This document shows positions 9,197-19,272 of a stretch of 33,292 bases of DNA, piece after piece. Below the pieces are notes generated by a model. It was not told the origin of the DNA and made no database searches. It saw nothing but the letters and a program-made list of their open reading frames with translations. A program made the position numbers and the translations under genes. The DNA comes from Candidatus Sumerlaeota bacterium (GTDB lineage: Bacteria > Sumerlaeota > Sumerlaeia > MWCT01): assembly GCA_026398545.1 (NCBI GenBank), contig JAPLSR010000267.1, positions 1-33,292 of the forward strand. The letters run 5' to 3'. How positions within the stretch are numbered: the stretch's first letter is position 1; the number at the start of each line of letters is the position of its first letter.

Positions 9197-9415
9197 ATGA
9201 AAAGTTGCTTTGGAACGCACTTCGGATTTTTTTTTGAAGACCATATCGGCGATGAGCAGGCGATGAAGAAATGCTATGATTGCGAGGATTTTGAAAAGTG
9301 TTACAAAATGTCACTTATCCAGAGTCTCAAGGGTCTGAAGATGGAAATCCGCCAGGGTGTCCGCAATCTGCGGAATTCCCTTGGTGGAAGCCATTCCGAA
9401 TATCCCTTCGGTTAA
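9197..9415 (+). CDS. Small cysteine-containing hypothetical protein (72 aa)
   Basis: ATG at 9197 after GGAGAAGGA; contains KSCFG and KCYDCEDFEKC; divergent from uppP. Confidence 0.65.
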   Translation: MKSCFGTHFGFFFEDHIGDEQAMKKCYDCEDFEKCYKMSLIQSLKGLKMEIRQGVRNLRNSLGGSHSEYPFG

Positions 9416-9459
9416 TTAAATCCTGAATTCATACTATCAATGATAAAATCCCGAATGCC

Positions 9460-9690
9460 TTATTCTTTTCTCAGTGTGTTATTAAATTCAACAACCGTCA
9501 AGCCCGCCGAACGTATTAAACTTCGCAACGTCCCACGGGCGACTTCTTTATGATTGGGTATTGACAGTGTTACGTTAATGCCTTCTTTGACCATAATAAT
9601 ATGGCTTCCTTTTCGGCGCGCGACCTCCCAGCCAAGATTCTCAAATACCCGAACGACGTTACGTCCGCTCATGATTGGAATCGGAGGCAT
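9460..9690 (-). CDS. hicA: HicA-family toxin (type II TA mRNA interferase)
   Basis: 76 aa with GWEVARRKGSHIIM, SIPNHKEVARGTLRSLIRSAGL and the GSH catalytic His. Confidence 0.9.
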   Translation of the reverse strand: MPPIPIMSGRNVVRVFENLGWEVARRKGSHIIMVKEGINVTLSIPNHKEVARGTLRSLIRSAGLTVVEFNNTLRKE

Positions 9691-9896
9691 CAGACAGCAA
9701 CCTCCACCTGCCTCGTTTCAATAGTCAGGGGCAGACCTTTCTCAGCGCGAACTTCAAGGCAGAGTCCAATGGCATCCTTGATATTCTTCCGCGCTTCGTC
9801 CTTGGTTTTACCCTGACTGACGCATCCGGGAATGGAGGGACATTCGGCGATCCAGATACCGTCTTCATCTCGGTCCAGTGTTATCATAAACCTCAT
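9690..9896 (-). CDS. hicB: Short HicB-family antitoxin
   Basis: DEDGIWIAECPSIPGCVSQGKTKDEARKNIKDAI; GGAGG RBS before ATG at 9896; TGATG overlap with hicA. Confidence 0.9.
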   Translation of the reverse strand: MRFMITLDRDEDGIWIAECPSIPGCVSQGKTKDEARKNIKDAIGLCLEVRAEKGLPLTIETRQVEVAV

Positions 9897-10227
9897 GATT
9901 GGAGCCTCCGAAGACAAATAAATCCTTTTACAGCATATTCAATGAACAAATTTAAATTCTCAATTTATTTACCAACAATGCAAGTTTAAAATAAGGTGAA
10001 GAATGAAAAAAAGTCCACTTCGGTGTGACAACATCTTCATGGATGCTCGGCGCTCAAGTAAAATTGTATAATGGAAATAGCTCTGATTTAAATCACGATG
10101 ATGAGCGAATCTGATACCAGTCATCTTTTAATTGTGCAATAAGAGTAATCTAACTTTAGCCACATATAAAGAGTGTTCAATCGATTTACTGACAGATACT
10201 CATCCGCCACTTGAACAAGATATTCTA

Positions 10228-11136
10228 TTATCCAGTTGTAATACTCTGGGCGACATCATCCCGCACTTCGTTAACAGACTGCAAATGTTTCCTATATTCG
10301 ATGAATTTCATTAAGATATCATGTTTCTCAATCACTGTTGAAGGCGGCTCTCCCTCTGACTTAAAGATAGCCAGGCCGACAGTTTCTTCATCATCTTTCA
10401 AATGGAACTCTATTTTAAATCGGTCTATTGCATCACGAATCGTCTTTTCCCAACTATCGCTATCTTCAGCCAATGTCCGACGAACCTCATTATGGATTGC
10501 ATTAATGCATCCGAAATATTCACGAATGTGATATTTGAGATCAATTGGATCCGTCAATGCGTTAATTTCAGTTCGCACCGAAGGTTTAATTTCCTTGTCC
10601 TCAAGAAGATGTTTTTTCAACGTTTGTGGTGTTAACGTGCAGGCAAATTGGGAACTTAATTTCAATTTGGTGGCTGTATAACTGACAGAAATTGAGGGTG
10701 CAGCTAATCCGTAGTGTTGAACATAATTGCGAAGCTGTTCCATGAGTCGATAACTGAAACAATTATCATATTTCTGATTTGTCAATTTTTCAATGCTTTT
10801 CGGTTTTATTGCGCCTTCACCATAAATCATATTCATGTTACGTAGGAGTTGATCGAGATACGATCTTGCAGACGAAAGAAAATTAGCAATCCGTCGGTTA
10901 AGTTCTTTGCGTTGGGGTCTCAATTCATAATGCAGTTCGGTAGCGAATATGTTGTGTCGCAGAGACATTGTCAGGATTTCTTCTTCAAACTCACGATAAT
11001 TTCCGAGGAGAATATCGAAGTTCACTTCAATATTGAGCGCTCGTATCAGATTCGCTTTGTGATTACGTATGTTTTCATAGTAATCGCTATCGATACGAAT
11101 AACATCACTTATTGGTCTGCCTAAATAGTAAATCAC
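10228..11136 (-). CDS. Hypothetical helical protein with a HEPN-like RNxxxH motif
   Basis: AT-rich 302 aa ORF with an AGGAG RBS directly after the murE stop; contains EQLRNYVQHYG. Confidence 0.7.
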   Translation of the reverse strand: MIYYLGRPISDVIRIDSDYYENIRNHKANLIRALNIEVNFDILLGNYREFEEEILTMSLRHNIFATELHYELRPQRKELNRRIANFLSSARSYLDQLLRNMNMIYGEGAIKPKSIEKLTNQKYDNCFSYRLMEQLRNYVQHYGLAAPSISVSYTATKLKLSSQFACTLTPQTLKKHLLEDKEIKPSVRTEINALTDPIDLKYHIREYFGCINAIHNEVRRTLAEDSDSWEKTIRDAIDRFKIEFHLKDDEETVGLAIFKSEGEPPSTVIEKHDILMKFIEYRKHLQSVNEVRDDVAQSITTG

Positions 11137-11148
11137 AATTCTCCTATT

Positions 11149-12639
11149 TCATCCTTGATCCTTCATCATTTTCTGCAGGATTTCATCCGCGACTTCGTAA
11201 TCGTTAAAGTGAATGGTGTGTTCCTTGAAGGTCTGTGTGCTTTCGTGTCCCTTGCCTGCGACGAGGACAAGGTCTCCGGGTTTTGCCATTTCAATGGCGT
11301 GCTTTATCGCATCATGGCGTGAATAGATGATTTCATAATTGCCGCCCTTTTTGTTTTTCAGACCCTCCACAATATCATTCATAATCTGTTTAGTGTCTTC
11401 AGTTCTTGGGTTATCCTCCGTGATGATGAAATAATCGCTTTGCTCCTCCACGGTTGCAGCCATCTGCGGGCGCTTGGTGCGGTCGCGGTCGCCTCCGCAG
11501 CCGAAGACGGTGATAATGCGGGCAGGTTTCATTGCGCGGGCGGCGGCAAGCACCTTTACCATCCCGTCCGGCGTGTGGGCGTAATCAATAATGACGGAGA
11601 ATTTCTGTCCACGCTCCACAGGCTGGAAGCGTCCAGCCACAATGATATTTTTCTCCAGCCCCGCCTTGATATCTTCCAGTGTGAGCGGTGTGTGGATGAT
11701 GGTGGCGACGGCGGCGAGCATGTTGTAAAGGTTGAATTCCCCGCGAAGGAGCGCTCTGATATTTATCGAGCCGCGAGGCGTGACAAGCGTGAATTCCGTG
11801 CCGGCGCCGGAGAGGACATAATTTTTTGCCGTCACATCCGCTTTGTTATGCAGTCCAAAGGTGACTTTGTGGGCGCGGGCGGCATCGAGAAAATAATGGG
11901 CGGATGGGTCATCAATATTGACCGCCACATACTTATCAGTTTTCAGGCTGGCAAACCAGCGGAGTTTCGCATTGCGGTAATTCTCCATCGTCTTGTGCCA
12001 GTCAAGATGGTCCTGCGTGAGATTTGTCCAGACGCCCGCATCATAATCAAGTCCCGCCACGCGGTGGAAATCCACGCCGTGTGACGAGACCTCCATGGCG
12101 CAGTAATCGCACTTCTCATCCTTCATGTGTGTGAAGATATCTTCCAGGTCAGGCGGTTCAGGCGTGGTGTCCTTTGATTGGCAAATCCTGCCATTGATTT
12201 TGTAATAAAGCGTGCCGATAAGACCCACGCGGAAGCGTGTCATGAGCAGACTCTCAATCACGTGTGTGGTTGTGGTCTTGCCATTGGTGCCCGTGATGCC
12301 GATAAGTTTGAAGACGCGTGCAGGATGGTTGTAAAATTCGGCGGCGATAAGGGCGAGGGCAAGTCGGGAGTCCGGCACCACTATCTTTACCACCTCGGGC
12401 GGGACAGGCATGTCCTGCTGTAAAATCACCGCGACGGCGCCCGCCTTGATGGCGTCGTTGACGAACGGATGCCCATCGGGGAGTTCGATTTTATCCAACT
12501 GGGTGTAAATATTGATGGCGGCATAAAGGAATCCGTGCTGGACGCGCAGGGGGTCATATACAACGCCCAGAATCTCCAGGTCCTGAGCGCCGGTGATGGT
12601 CTTCTCAGATAAGACGGATAATAACCTGCTTAGTTTCAC
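11149..12639 (-). CDS. murE: UDP-MurNAc-L-Ala-D-Glu--meso-DAP ligase
   Basis: GITGTNGKTTT P-loop, TTPE, MEVSSHG, TNLTQDHLD, DYAHTPD, FGCGGDRD, the DNPR meso-DAP motif and AGKGHE. Confidence 0.95.
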   Translation of the reverse strand: MKLSRLLSVLSEKTITGAQDLEILGVVYDPLRVQHGFLYAAINIYTQLDKIELPDGHPFVNDAIKAGAVAVILQQDMPVPPEVVKIVVPDSRLALALIAAEFYNHPARVFKLIGITGTNGKTTTTHVIESLLMTRFRVGLIGTLYYKINGRICQSKDTTPEPPDLEDIFTHMKDEKCDYCAMEVSSHGVDFHRVAGLDYDAGVWTNLTQDHLDWHKTMENYRNAKLRWFASLKTDKYVAVNIDDPSAHYFLDAARAHKVTFGLHNKADVTAKNYVLSGAGTEFTLVTPRGSINIRALLRGEFNLYNMLAAVATIIHTPLTLEDIKAGLEKNIIVAGRFQPVERGQKFSVIIDYAHTPDGMVKVLAAARAMKPARIITVFGCGGDRDRTKRPQMAATVEEQSDYFIITEDNPRTEDTKQIMNDIVEGLKNKKGGNYEIIYSRHDAIKHAIEMAKPGDLVLVAGKGHESTQTFKEHTIHFNDYEVADEILQKMMKDQG

Positions 12640-12812
12640 AATTACCTCTCCCTTCTATCTCAACGTGTGTTATAAAAATGGAAGGAATATGCAAACCATG
12701 CCACCGAGCGTCAAGAGTAAAAGAAAATTTGCCCTTATCTGTGCAACTATAAACCCTCTTGACTAACCTCCTCATCCCCAGTGTAGTTTTTCATGTTCTG
12801 GAGGGTTGAGAC

Positions 12813-15695
12813 ATGGAGCCCAAAAAGATTGTCATCATTGGCGCGGCGGAGCATAATCTGAAGAATATTAACGTTGAAATCCCCCGCAATTCGCTCACCG
12901 TCATCACAGGTCTCTCCGGTTCCGGCAAGTCCACCCTCGCCTTTGACACCCTTTATGCCGAGGGTCAGCGCCGCTATGTGGAAAGCCTCTCCGCCTATGC
13001 GCGCCAGTTCCTTGAACAGATGCCCAAACCTCATGTGGAGCGAATTGAGGGACTTTCTCCAGCCATTGCCATTGAGCAGAAATCCGTTTCAAAAAATCCC
13101 CGCTCCACCGTCGCCACGGTGACGGAAATCTATGATTACCTGCGCCTCCTTTATGCGAATTTAGGAACGCCGCATTGCTACAAGTGTGGCAAACCCATCA
13201 CCCGCCAGACGGTTCAGCAGATTGTTGACCGCATTCTTGCGCTCCCCAAGGGGACACGCCTTATGATTCTTGCACCGGTGGTGCGCGGCAGGAAGGGTGA
13301 ATACTCCGAGCTCCTGAAAAAGGCGGAGCGCGACGGCTTCACACGCGTCAAGGTTGATGGTCACCTCTATGAGTTCTCAGAGGGACTTCCGTCCCTGAAC
13401 AAGCAGGTCAAGCACAATATCTCTATCGTGGTGGACCGTGTTATGGCTGAACCGGAGGCGAAGAACCGGCTCACTGAGTCGGTTGAGCTTGCCTTGAAGA
13501 AGGCGGAAGGTCTCGCCGCCATTGAGATTATGGATGAAGGTGTGTCCAGAGCGGAGATTCTGCGGGCATTATCTGCGAGCGGACTCTCAGGGCGTGAGTT
13601 CCTCTTCAGCGAAAATTTCGCCTGCATTGATTGCGGTGTCAGCATTGAGGAGATTGCCCCGCGCCTTTTTTCCTTTAACAGCCCCTATGGCGCCTGTCCG
13701 GTCTGCAAGGGGCTTGGACATCTTCAGGAGATTGATGAAAATTTAGTCGTGCCGGACAAATCCCTCAGCCTTGCCGGAGGCGCACTTCATCCCTGGTCAA
13801 GCAGGGAGGATTCGTGGACATTCACCTGGCTGAAGGCAGTTGCCGACCATTATGGCATTGACGTCAATGTGCCGTGGCATAAAATTTCCCGCCGCTCGCA
13901 GAAGGTGCTCCTCTACGGAACAGGCGGGGATACTGTGCAGGTTAGATTTGAGAGCGAACGGGGCATTCGCTACCATGAGCACATCGCCTATGAGGGAGTT
14001 ATTCCCAATCTTCAGCGCCGCTACCGTGAGACCGCCTCCGATTATATCCGTGAGTGGATTTCCACATATTTTGCCGAGAATCCGTGCGCCGCCTGCAATG
14101 GTGAGCGTCTGAGACCGGAAGCCCTCGCCGTGCACCTTGACGGGAAAAATATATCCGAAATTACCCATCTGACGGTCAGCGGCGCCATGGACTTTGTCCA
14201 AAATCTGCCGCTCTCGCCCAAACAGCGTGAAATCGGTTATCAGATATTAAAGGAGATAACCCAGCGCCTCGGATTCCTTACCAATGTTGGATTGGACTAC
14301 CTCACGCTTGACCGCCCCGCCGCCACGCTCGCCGGAGGCGAATCCCAGCGCATCCGCCTCGCCACTCAGATTGGCTCACAGCTTACCGGCGTCCTTTACA
14401 TCCTGGATGAACCGTCCATTGGTCTCCATCAGCGCGATAACCGCCGTCTCCTCAAGACGCTTCTGAAACTCCGCGACCTGGGTAACACGGTGATTGTGGT
14501 CGAGCATGATGAACAGACCATCCGCACTGCGGATTATGTGGTTGACCTCGGTCCGGGCGCGGGGAAAAACGGCGGGCATGTCGTCTGCTCAGGTCCGCCT
14601 GAGGGTATGATAGATTGCCCGGAATCCATCACGGGACGCTACCTTGCGGGACTAGAGTTCATTCCTGTGCCGCACAAGAGGCGAAAACCCACAGTCGGAC
14701 GCTCCGTCTGGGTTCGTGGCGCAAAGGAACACAATCTCAAGGACATTGATGTGGAATTCCCCCTTGGTCTCTTCATCTGCATCTCTGGCGTGTCCGGTTC
14801 GGGAAAATCCACCCTCCTTCTGGATATCCTTGACCGTGCCCTTGCCAAAATCCTTTACAAGAGAAGTGAGAGCGTCGGAAAACACCGCTGTATTGATGGA
14901 GCCTCAAATCTTGAGCGTGTCATCAATGTGAACCAGTCGCCCATCGGGCGCACACCGCGTTCCAACCCCGCCACATATACCAAGACCTTTGACTTCATCC
15001 GCGACCTGTTCGCCCAGATACCTGAGGCACGGATGAGGGGCTATACACCTGGGCGGTTTTCCTTCAATGTGAAGGGCGGGCGATGCGAGGCATGTCAGGG
15101 CGCGGGGGTCATCCAGATTGAGATGCACTTTTTGCCCGATGTTTTTATTGAGTGTGAGGCATGCCGCGGGAAACGCTTCAACCGCGAGACGCTTGAGATT
15201 TACTACAAGGGCAAAAATATTGATGACATCCTGAATATGACGGTGCGCGAGGCGCTTGAATTTTTTTACCATATCCCGCCCGTCCGGGAAAAATTGCAGA
15301 CCCTCGATGACGTCGGACTATCCTACATCACACTTGGACAGCGCGCCACAACACTCTCCGGCGGCGAAGCGCAAAGGGTTAAACTCTCCCGGGAACTCTC
15401 CAAGCGGAGCACCGCCCGCACGCTTTATATCCTTGATGAACCTACAACGGGACTCCATTTTGATGATATCAAAAAGTTGTTGAATGTCCTGAACCGCCTT
15501 GTGGATATGGGCAGCACGGTCATCGTGATAGAGCATAACATGGATGTGCTGAAATGCGCGGACTGGATTATTGACCTTGGACCGGAGGGAGGAGAGGCGG
15601 GAGGTCTTGTTGTGGCTAAAGGGAGACCTGAGGATATTGTCAGGCGTCCACACTCCTATACCGGAAAGTTTCTGAAACGGGTGCTTTCAAAATGA
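12813..15695 (+). CDS. uvrA: Excinuclease ABC subunit A
   Basis: Two ABC ATPase modules ([24 protein letters not shown]), zinc-finger CxxC pairs and [11 protein letters not shown]. Confidence 0.98.
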   Translation: MEPKKIVIIGAAEHNLKNINVEIPRNSLTVITGLSGSGKSTLAFDTLYAEGQRRYVESLSAYARQFLEQMPKPHVERIEGLSPAIAIEQKSVSKNPRSTVATVTEIYDYLRLLYANLGTPHCYKCGKPITRQTVQQIVDRILALPKGTRLMILAPVVRGRKGEYSELLKKAERDGFTRVKVDGHLYEFSEGLPSLNKQVKHNISIVVDRVMAEPEAKNRLTESVELALKKAEGLAAIEIMDEGVSRAEILRALSASGLSGREFLFSENFACIDCGVSIEEIAPRLFSFNSPYGACPVCKGLGHLQEIDENLVVPDKSLSLAGGALHPWSSREDSWTFTWLKAVADHYGIDVNVPWHKISRRSQKVLLYGTGGDTVQVRFESERGIRYHEHIAYEGVIPNLQRRYRETASDYIREWISTYFAENPCAACNGERLRPEALAVHLDGKNISEITHLTVSGAMDFVQNLPLSPKQREIGYQILKEITQRLGFLTNVGLDYLTLDRPAATLAGGESQRIRLATQIGSQLTGVLYILDEPSIGLHQRDNRRLLKTLLKLRDLGNTVIVVEHDEQTIRTADYVVDLGPGAGKNGGHVVCSGPPEGMIDCPESITGRYLAGLEFIPVPHKRRKPTVGRSVWVRGAKEHNLKDIDVEFPLGLFICISGVSGSGKSTLLLDILDRALAKILYKRSESVGKHRCIDGASNLERVINVNQSPIGRTPRSNPATYTKTFDFIRDLFAQIPEARMRGYTPGRFSFNVKGGRCEACQGAGVIQIEMHFLPDVFIECEACRGKRFNRETLEIYYKGKNIDDILNMTVREALEFFYHIPPVREKLQTLDDVGLSYITLGQRATTLSGGEAQRVKLSRELSKRSTARTLYILDEPTTGLHFDDIKKLLNVLNRLVDMGSTVIVIEHNMDVLKCADWIIDLGPEGGEAGGLVVAKGRPEDIVRRPHSYTGKFLKRVLSK

Positions 15696-17425
15696 CAGCC
15701 ACTCAAAAGGCAATGGTTGTAAAATGTCAAAGGACGGGGTCGGCAATAAAACGAAATCCTTGCACATTCAGTGTTTTTTCCGCCCTGTTTTTGCGATTGG
15801 CGATTTTTGCCACTTTTATCCTTGCATCTGACACTATCGCCGATTCGCCGCCATGGATTGAGGGTCATTCAATCTCGCCCTCCATAACATATCAATACAG
15901 AGTGGAGCAGCGTTCCGGTTTTCATCAGCAGATTCACCGTGTGCGGATTGACCTCCGGGGGGAAAATGTCACCATCAGGCTTTCCCCGGCTGCAGAATTT
16001 CCGCGCCACAAGTCACTTCCCAGCGAGATGAGGAGCCGGCTGAAATCGCAGGTCGTCGTTCCCGCACCGCTTGCTGTGCAAACGAGAACGGGTCGTGAGA
16101 TGCCGCTGGGGAGGTTATTAGCCCCGAACACTTATTATTTAACGGGGGGCGGATTTCCCGAGGTGCGCATAAGACCGCTGAACAATGTCATATTTTACCG
16201 TGGTGGGGAGGATGACACTGCGCCGCCGCGCCTTGCTCTGGAATCAAGCGGAACCCTCACCCTCGCCGGATTCAATACCCCTCCCACAGGAGCCGGACTC
16301 TATTTATACCAGAAATCCTTTTCACCCATTTCGGCGCGCGAGCTCAGTGACTGGAAGGTGTCGGCGTGTTACTGGCTGGAGAGGGTATTAAGCTCATCTG
16401 AGCCCGATGTTTACCGGGTTCGCAAATCTGCCAGCGCGCCTTCATCTCTCACAATTCCGGAAAATAATCTGCTCATTCTAAATGTGATGACCAATGATGT
16501 GAGACTTCCGGATTATCTTTCCGTCGGGAGGCGTGTGCGCGTGATGGCGGTGGAAACAGAATTGCGAAAACTCATCCGGGGGGTCTTTTGCGGAGGTCCG
16601 TATTTCATGCATGAGGGGGTTTATGACGAGGAGGCGGTGCGCGCCTTCTGTAATAAACCCGGCGCCCCGCCTGTGTCCCAGTACACCGAGCGGAGGGCGC
16701 GGCTCGCCCTTGCGATTGGTTCAAACCGGCGTTTCCTTTCCATATATGCCGTTGACCAGAAGGGTTTCACGCGTGAGGGCATGACGCTTCGGGAATTCGC
16801 CGCCTTCCTTGCTGACGAAGGGGTCAAGGAGGCGATGGAACTCCCCGATGGAGATGATGCCTCCCTCGCTCTGCCCTATGGCCAGGTGAACACCACCCCG
16901 GATGGGATAGAGACGCCTGTCATGGCAGTCCTCACCATAACAGAGCGCTCACCGGATAAGGATGAGATTGTCAATCTGCTCAGGAGCGTGCCCAATATGG
17001 TGACCGCTTGCGGCGCCGAGCCGCTCAATCCGCCGGACGCCGTCAAGGATGGCTCATATTCTCAAGCGCTGTCCCTTGATAATTACTGGGAACATAAGCA
17101 ACCCGACCCTTTTCACAAACATGCCCTGTATATTGACCTTTTGAAGCCATGCGAGCTCAGAAGTCTTGAGATTTTTTATGCTGAGGAGGCGGGATTTTCA
17201 TCGCAATATAACTGGCGCGCCTTCACCATATACGGTCATGATAAGGATAAAAATTCTATGAGGAGGGTGATGGAGGTGAGAAACCCGGATGGACGCCCAT
17301 GCCAGTGGGTGGAGTTCCCACCGGCGACTAAATTGCGCTATCTCAAACTTGAGGTGGAACAACCCACCGGATTCAAAGATGTTTCCTGTGCGCGGCTGGC
17401 AGAGATTGTCCTCTGGGGAAGATGA
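15692..17425 (+). CDS. Exported phosphodiester glycosidase (NAGPA/DUF2233)-like protein with a C-terminal discoidin/F5-8-like domain
   Basis: Hydrophobic signal-like segment; RARLALAIG, GMTLREFAAFLADEGVKEAMELPDGDDAS; C-terminal LRYLKLEV and ARLAEIVLWG. The start codon is uncertain. Confidence 0.6.
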   Translation: MTATQKAMVVKCQRTGSAIKRNPCTFSVFSALFLRLAIFATFILASDTIADSPPWIEGHSISPSITYQYRVEQRSGFHQQIHRVRIDLRGENVTIRLSPAAEFPRHKSLPSEMRSRLKSQVVVPAPLAVQTRTGREMPLGRLLAPNTYYLTGGGFPEVRIRPLNNVIFYRGGEDDTAPPRLALESSGTLTLAGFNTPPTGAGLYLYQKSFSPISARELSDWKVSACYWLERVLSSSEPDVYRVRKSASAPSSLTIPENNLLILNVMTNDVRLPDYLSVGRRVRVMAVETELRKLIRGVFCGGPYFMHEGVYDEEAVRAFCNKPGAPPVSQYTERRARLALAIGSNRRFLSIYAVDQKGFTREGMTLREFAAFLADEGVKEAMELPDGDDASLALPYGQVNTTPDGIETPVMAVLTITERSPDKDEIVNLLRSVPNMVTACGAEPLNPPDAVKDGSYSQALSLDNYWEHKQPDPFHKHALYIDLLKPCELRSLEIFYAEEAGFSSQYNWRAFTIYGHDKDKNSMRRVMEVRNPDGRPCQWVEFPPATKLRYLKLEVEQPTGFKDVSCARLAEIVLWGR

Positions 17426-17895
17426 AAGGAATGCCCATGTTATACGCAAAGACTTTCAGAATCCGCCTTTCCGAGACATGGCGCGACTCGGATGAATCGC
17501 TCCTGAATGACTTTCTTGAGTCGGTCGTCCCCGAGCAGGTGGAGTCGGCAATCATACATCATCCCGTTGAGCCATACTGGAGCGTCCTTGTCATCTATAC
17601 GCCCCGTGAGGATGTCGTCCTTTCCGATGGCGAGCGCATCCTGTTTGACACGTATGAGCCGCTAACCCCTGAGGAGGAAATCCTGTTCATGAAACTCAAG
17701 GCATGGCGTGATGAAATAGCTCAGCAGGACGCCGTTCCACGGCACCAGATTCTCCATGATGCCCATCTCATGACACTGGTCAAACTCCATCCGACAAAGG
17801 CTGAGGATTTGGAAAAGATGAAGGGACTGGGAGACCGCAAACGTGAAAAGTATAAGGAGGCGCTTTTAGCATTTTTCCGCAAAGAGGCAAGGTGA
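17422..17895 (+). CDS. Stand-alone HRDC domain protein
   Basis: C-terminal LFMKLKAWRDEIAQQDAVPRHQILHDAHL and KGLGDRKREKY follow the HRDC pattern; ATGA overlap with the upstream gene. Confidence 0.85.
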   Translation: MKGMPMLYAKTFRIRLSETWRDSDESLLNDFLESVVPEQVESAIIHHPVEPYWSVLVIYTPREDVVLSDGERILFDTYEPLTPEEEILFMKLKAWRDEIAQQDAVPRHQILHDAHLMTLVKLHPTKAEDLEKMKGLGDRKREKYKEALLAFFRKEAR

Positions 17896-18007
17896 GATGC
17901 CTGTTTTCCCTTGCGGCGAAAGCCCTTTTATCTTGACGGAGAATCCTCATTTGGTTTGAAAGGGCATTCAGTCTTTTGCCCGCGCGATTAGAAAAAGGAG
18001 ATTTTGA

Positions 18008-18679
18008 GTGGAGTCCTTTGTCAAATTCATCGTGGACATGGTCGGGAACTGGGGTTATCCGGGGATTATCATCATGATGACAATAGAGAGTTCCTTCATC
18101 CCCTTTCCCAGCGAGGCGGTCATGATACCGGCGGGATATCTGGCACAGCAGGGCAAGATGAGCCTCCCGCTGGCGATCATTTCAGGGGTCTTTGGCAGCA
18201 TGCTGGGGGCATATTTCAACTATTACCTCTCCATCTGGCTGGGGCGTCCCGTGCTCATCAAGGTGGCGGGCTGGTTCGGGATTTCGGAAAAGAAATTCAA
18301 CAAGGTTGACATCTTTTTCCACAACCATGGAGAGATAACGACATTTGTGGGGCGTCTGATACCGTATGTGCGGCAGATTATCTCATGTCCCGCGGGGCTG
18401 GCGCGGATGAACATCGCAAAATTCTCCATTTACACCGCGGCGGGGGCGGGACTCTGGGTCACTGTTCTTGCATTCCTGGGATATTTCATTGGAGAAATCG
18501 TTGGCAAAAACAGGGAATTGCTAAAGCAATACTCCAGGCAATACTCATGGCAAATAACCATCGTCCTGCTCATCTTTTGCGCCTTGATTGTGGCAATTTA
18601 TGTGCATATCAAGCACAGGCGTGCGCGCGCGGAAAAGCTGGCGGAGACGGCAAAGGCGCAGGCAGTAAAAAACAGTTGA
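18008..18679 (+). CDS. dedA: DedA-family membrane protein
   Basis: GYPGIIIMMTIESSFIPFPSEAVMIPAG and FVGRLIPYVRQIISCPAG. Confidence 0.92.
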   Translation: MESFVKFIVDMVGNWGYPGIIIMMTIESSFIPFPSEAVMIPAGYLAQQGKMSLPLAIISGVFGSMLGAYFNYYLSIWLGRPVLIKVAGWFGISEKKFNKVDIFFHNHGEITTFVGRLIPYVRQIISCPAGLARMNIAKFSIYTAAGAGLWVTVLAFLGYFIGEIVGKNRELLKQYSRQYSWQITIVLLIFCALIVAIYVHIKHRRARAEKLAETAKAQAVKNS

Positions 18680-18741
18680 CGCTTCATGGCTCTCTGTGTG
18701 AAAAAGATATGTTTTTTGATAAAAAATAAACATAGCATAGT

Positions 18742-18819
18742 CGGGGTGTAGCGCAGTTGGTTTAGCGCGCAGCGTTCGGGACGCTGAGGTCGCCGGTTCA
18801 AATCCGGCCACCCCGACCA
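18742..18819 (+). tRNA. tRNA-Pro(CGG)
   Basis: Acceptor stem CGGGGTG/CACCCCG, anticodon arm CAGCG-TTCGGGA-CGCTG, T arm GCCGG-TTCAAAT-CCGGC and an encoded CCA. Confidence 0.97.
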
Positions 18820-18822
18820 TAA

Positions 18823-19215
18823 GAAACATTTAACGAATTATATGGATACGAGACTCCAAGTAAAGCTCGAATGATAATAAAAGCTGGTGATGTAATAATA
18901 GCTTCGCTTTCTGGTTCACTAAATAATATAGGGCTAGTTCCAAAACAATTAGATGAAGAATTAGCCAACACGGTTTTCTTCATCATTAATTCAGAGAGAA
19001 GCATCAGCGAATTTTTATTTTTGTTTTTTAGATCAGAAATTTTAAAGATACAATTAGAACAGATGACTGCCGGCGCAATTATGGCGGCTATTCCCAAAGG
19101 TGTTTTCGGTGATTTATTGGTTCCGCTTATTCCTAAACAAAAACAAGAAAAAATAATCGAGTTAGTAAAACAATCTGATGAAGCAATGAAAAGATCGGAA
19201 AAAGTTATTGTTTAA
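18823..19215 (+). pseudogene. 5'-truncated restriction-modification specificity (HsdS/TRD-like) fragment
   Basis: The frame is open from 18823: ETPSKARMIIKAGDVIIASLSGS, EFLFLFFRS, LLVPLIPKQKQEKIIELVKQ. This is one partial TRD plus the conserved helix. Confidence 0.7.
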
Positions 19216-19272
19216 TTTTATAGATTAAAATTAAGATTATCATTATAATAAACTTAAGGAAGGTTAACCTGT

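Noticed and set aside
10145-10230. Possible integron attC site after the HEPN-like gene (GTTAGAT core and TGTTCAA/TTGAACA inverted repeat)
   Set aside because: There is no matching RYYYAAC inverse core after the stop, no extended stem and no integrase.
12689-12703. Sigma-54-like TGGCATGGTTTGCA upstream of murE
   Set aside because: GG-to-GC spacing is 8 nt rather than the required 10.
17422-17895. Diversity-generating retroelement suggested by the stand-alone HRDC gene
   Set aside because: No reverse transcriptase or TR/VR repeat pair is visible in the window.
18545-19097. Minus-strand ORFs 18545..18829 and 18798..19097
   Set aside because: They overlap the tRNA, dedA and the R-M fragment on the opposite strand and are shadow frames.
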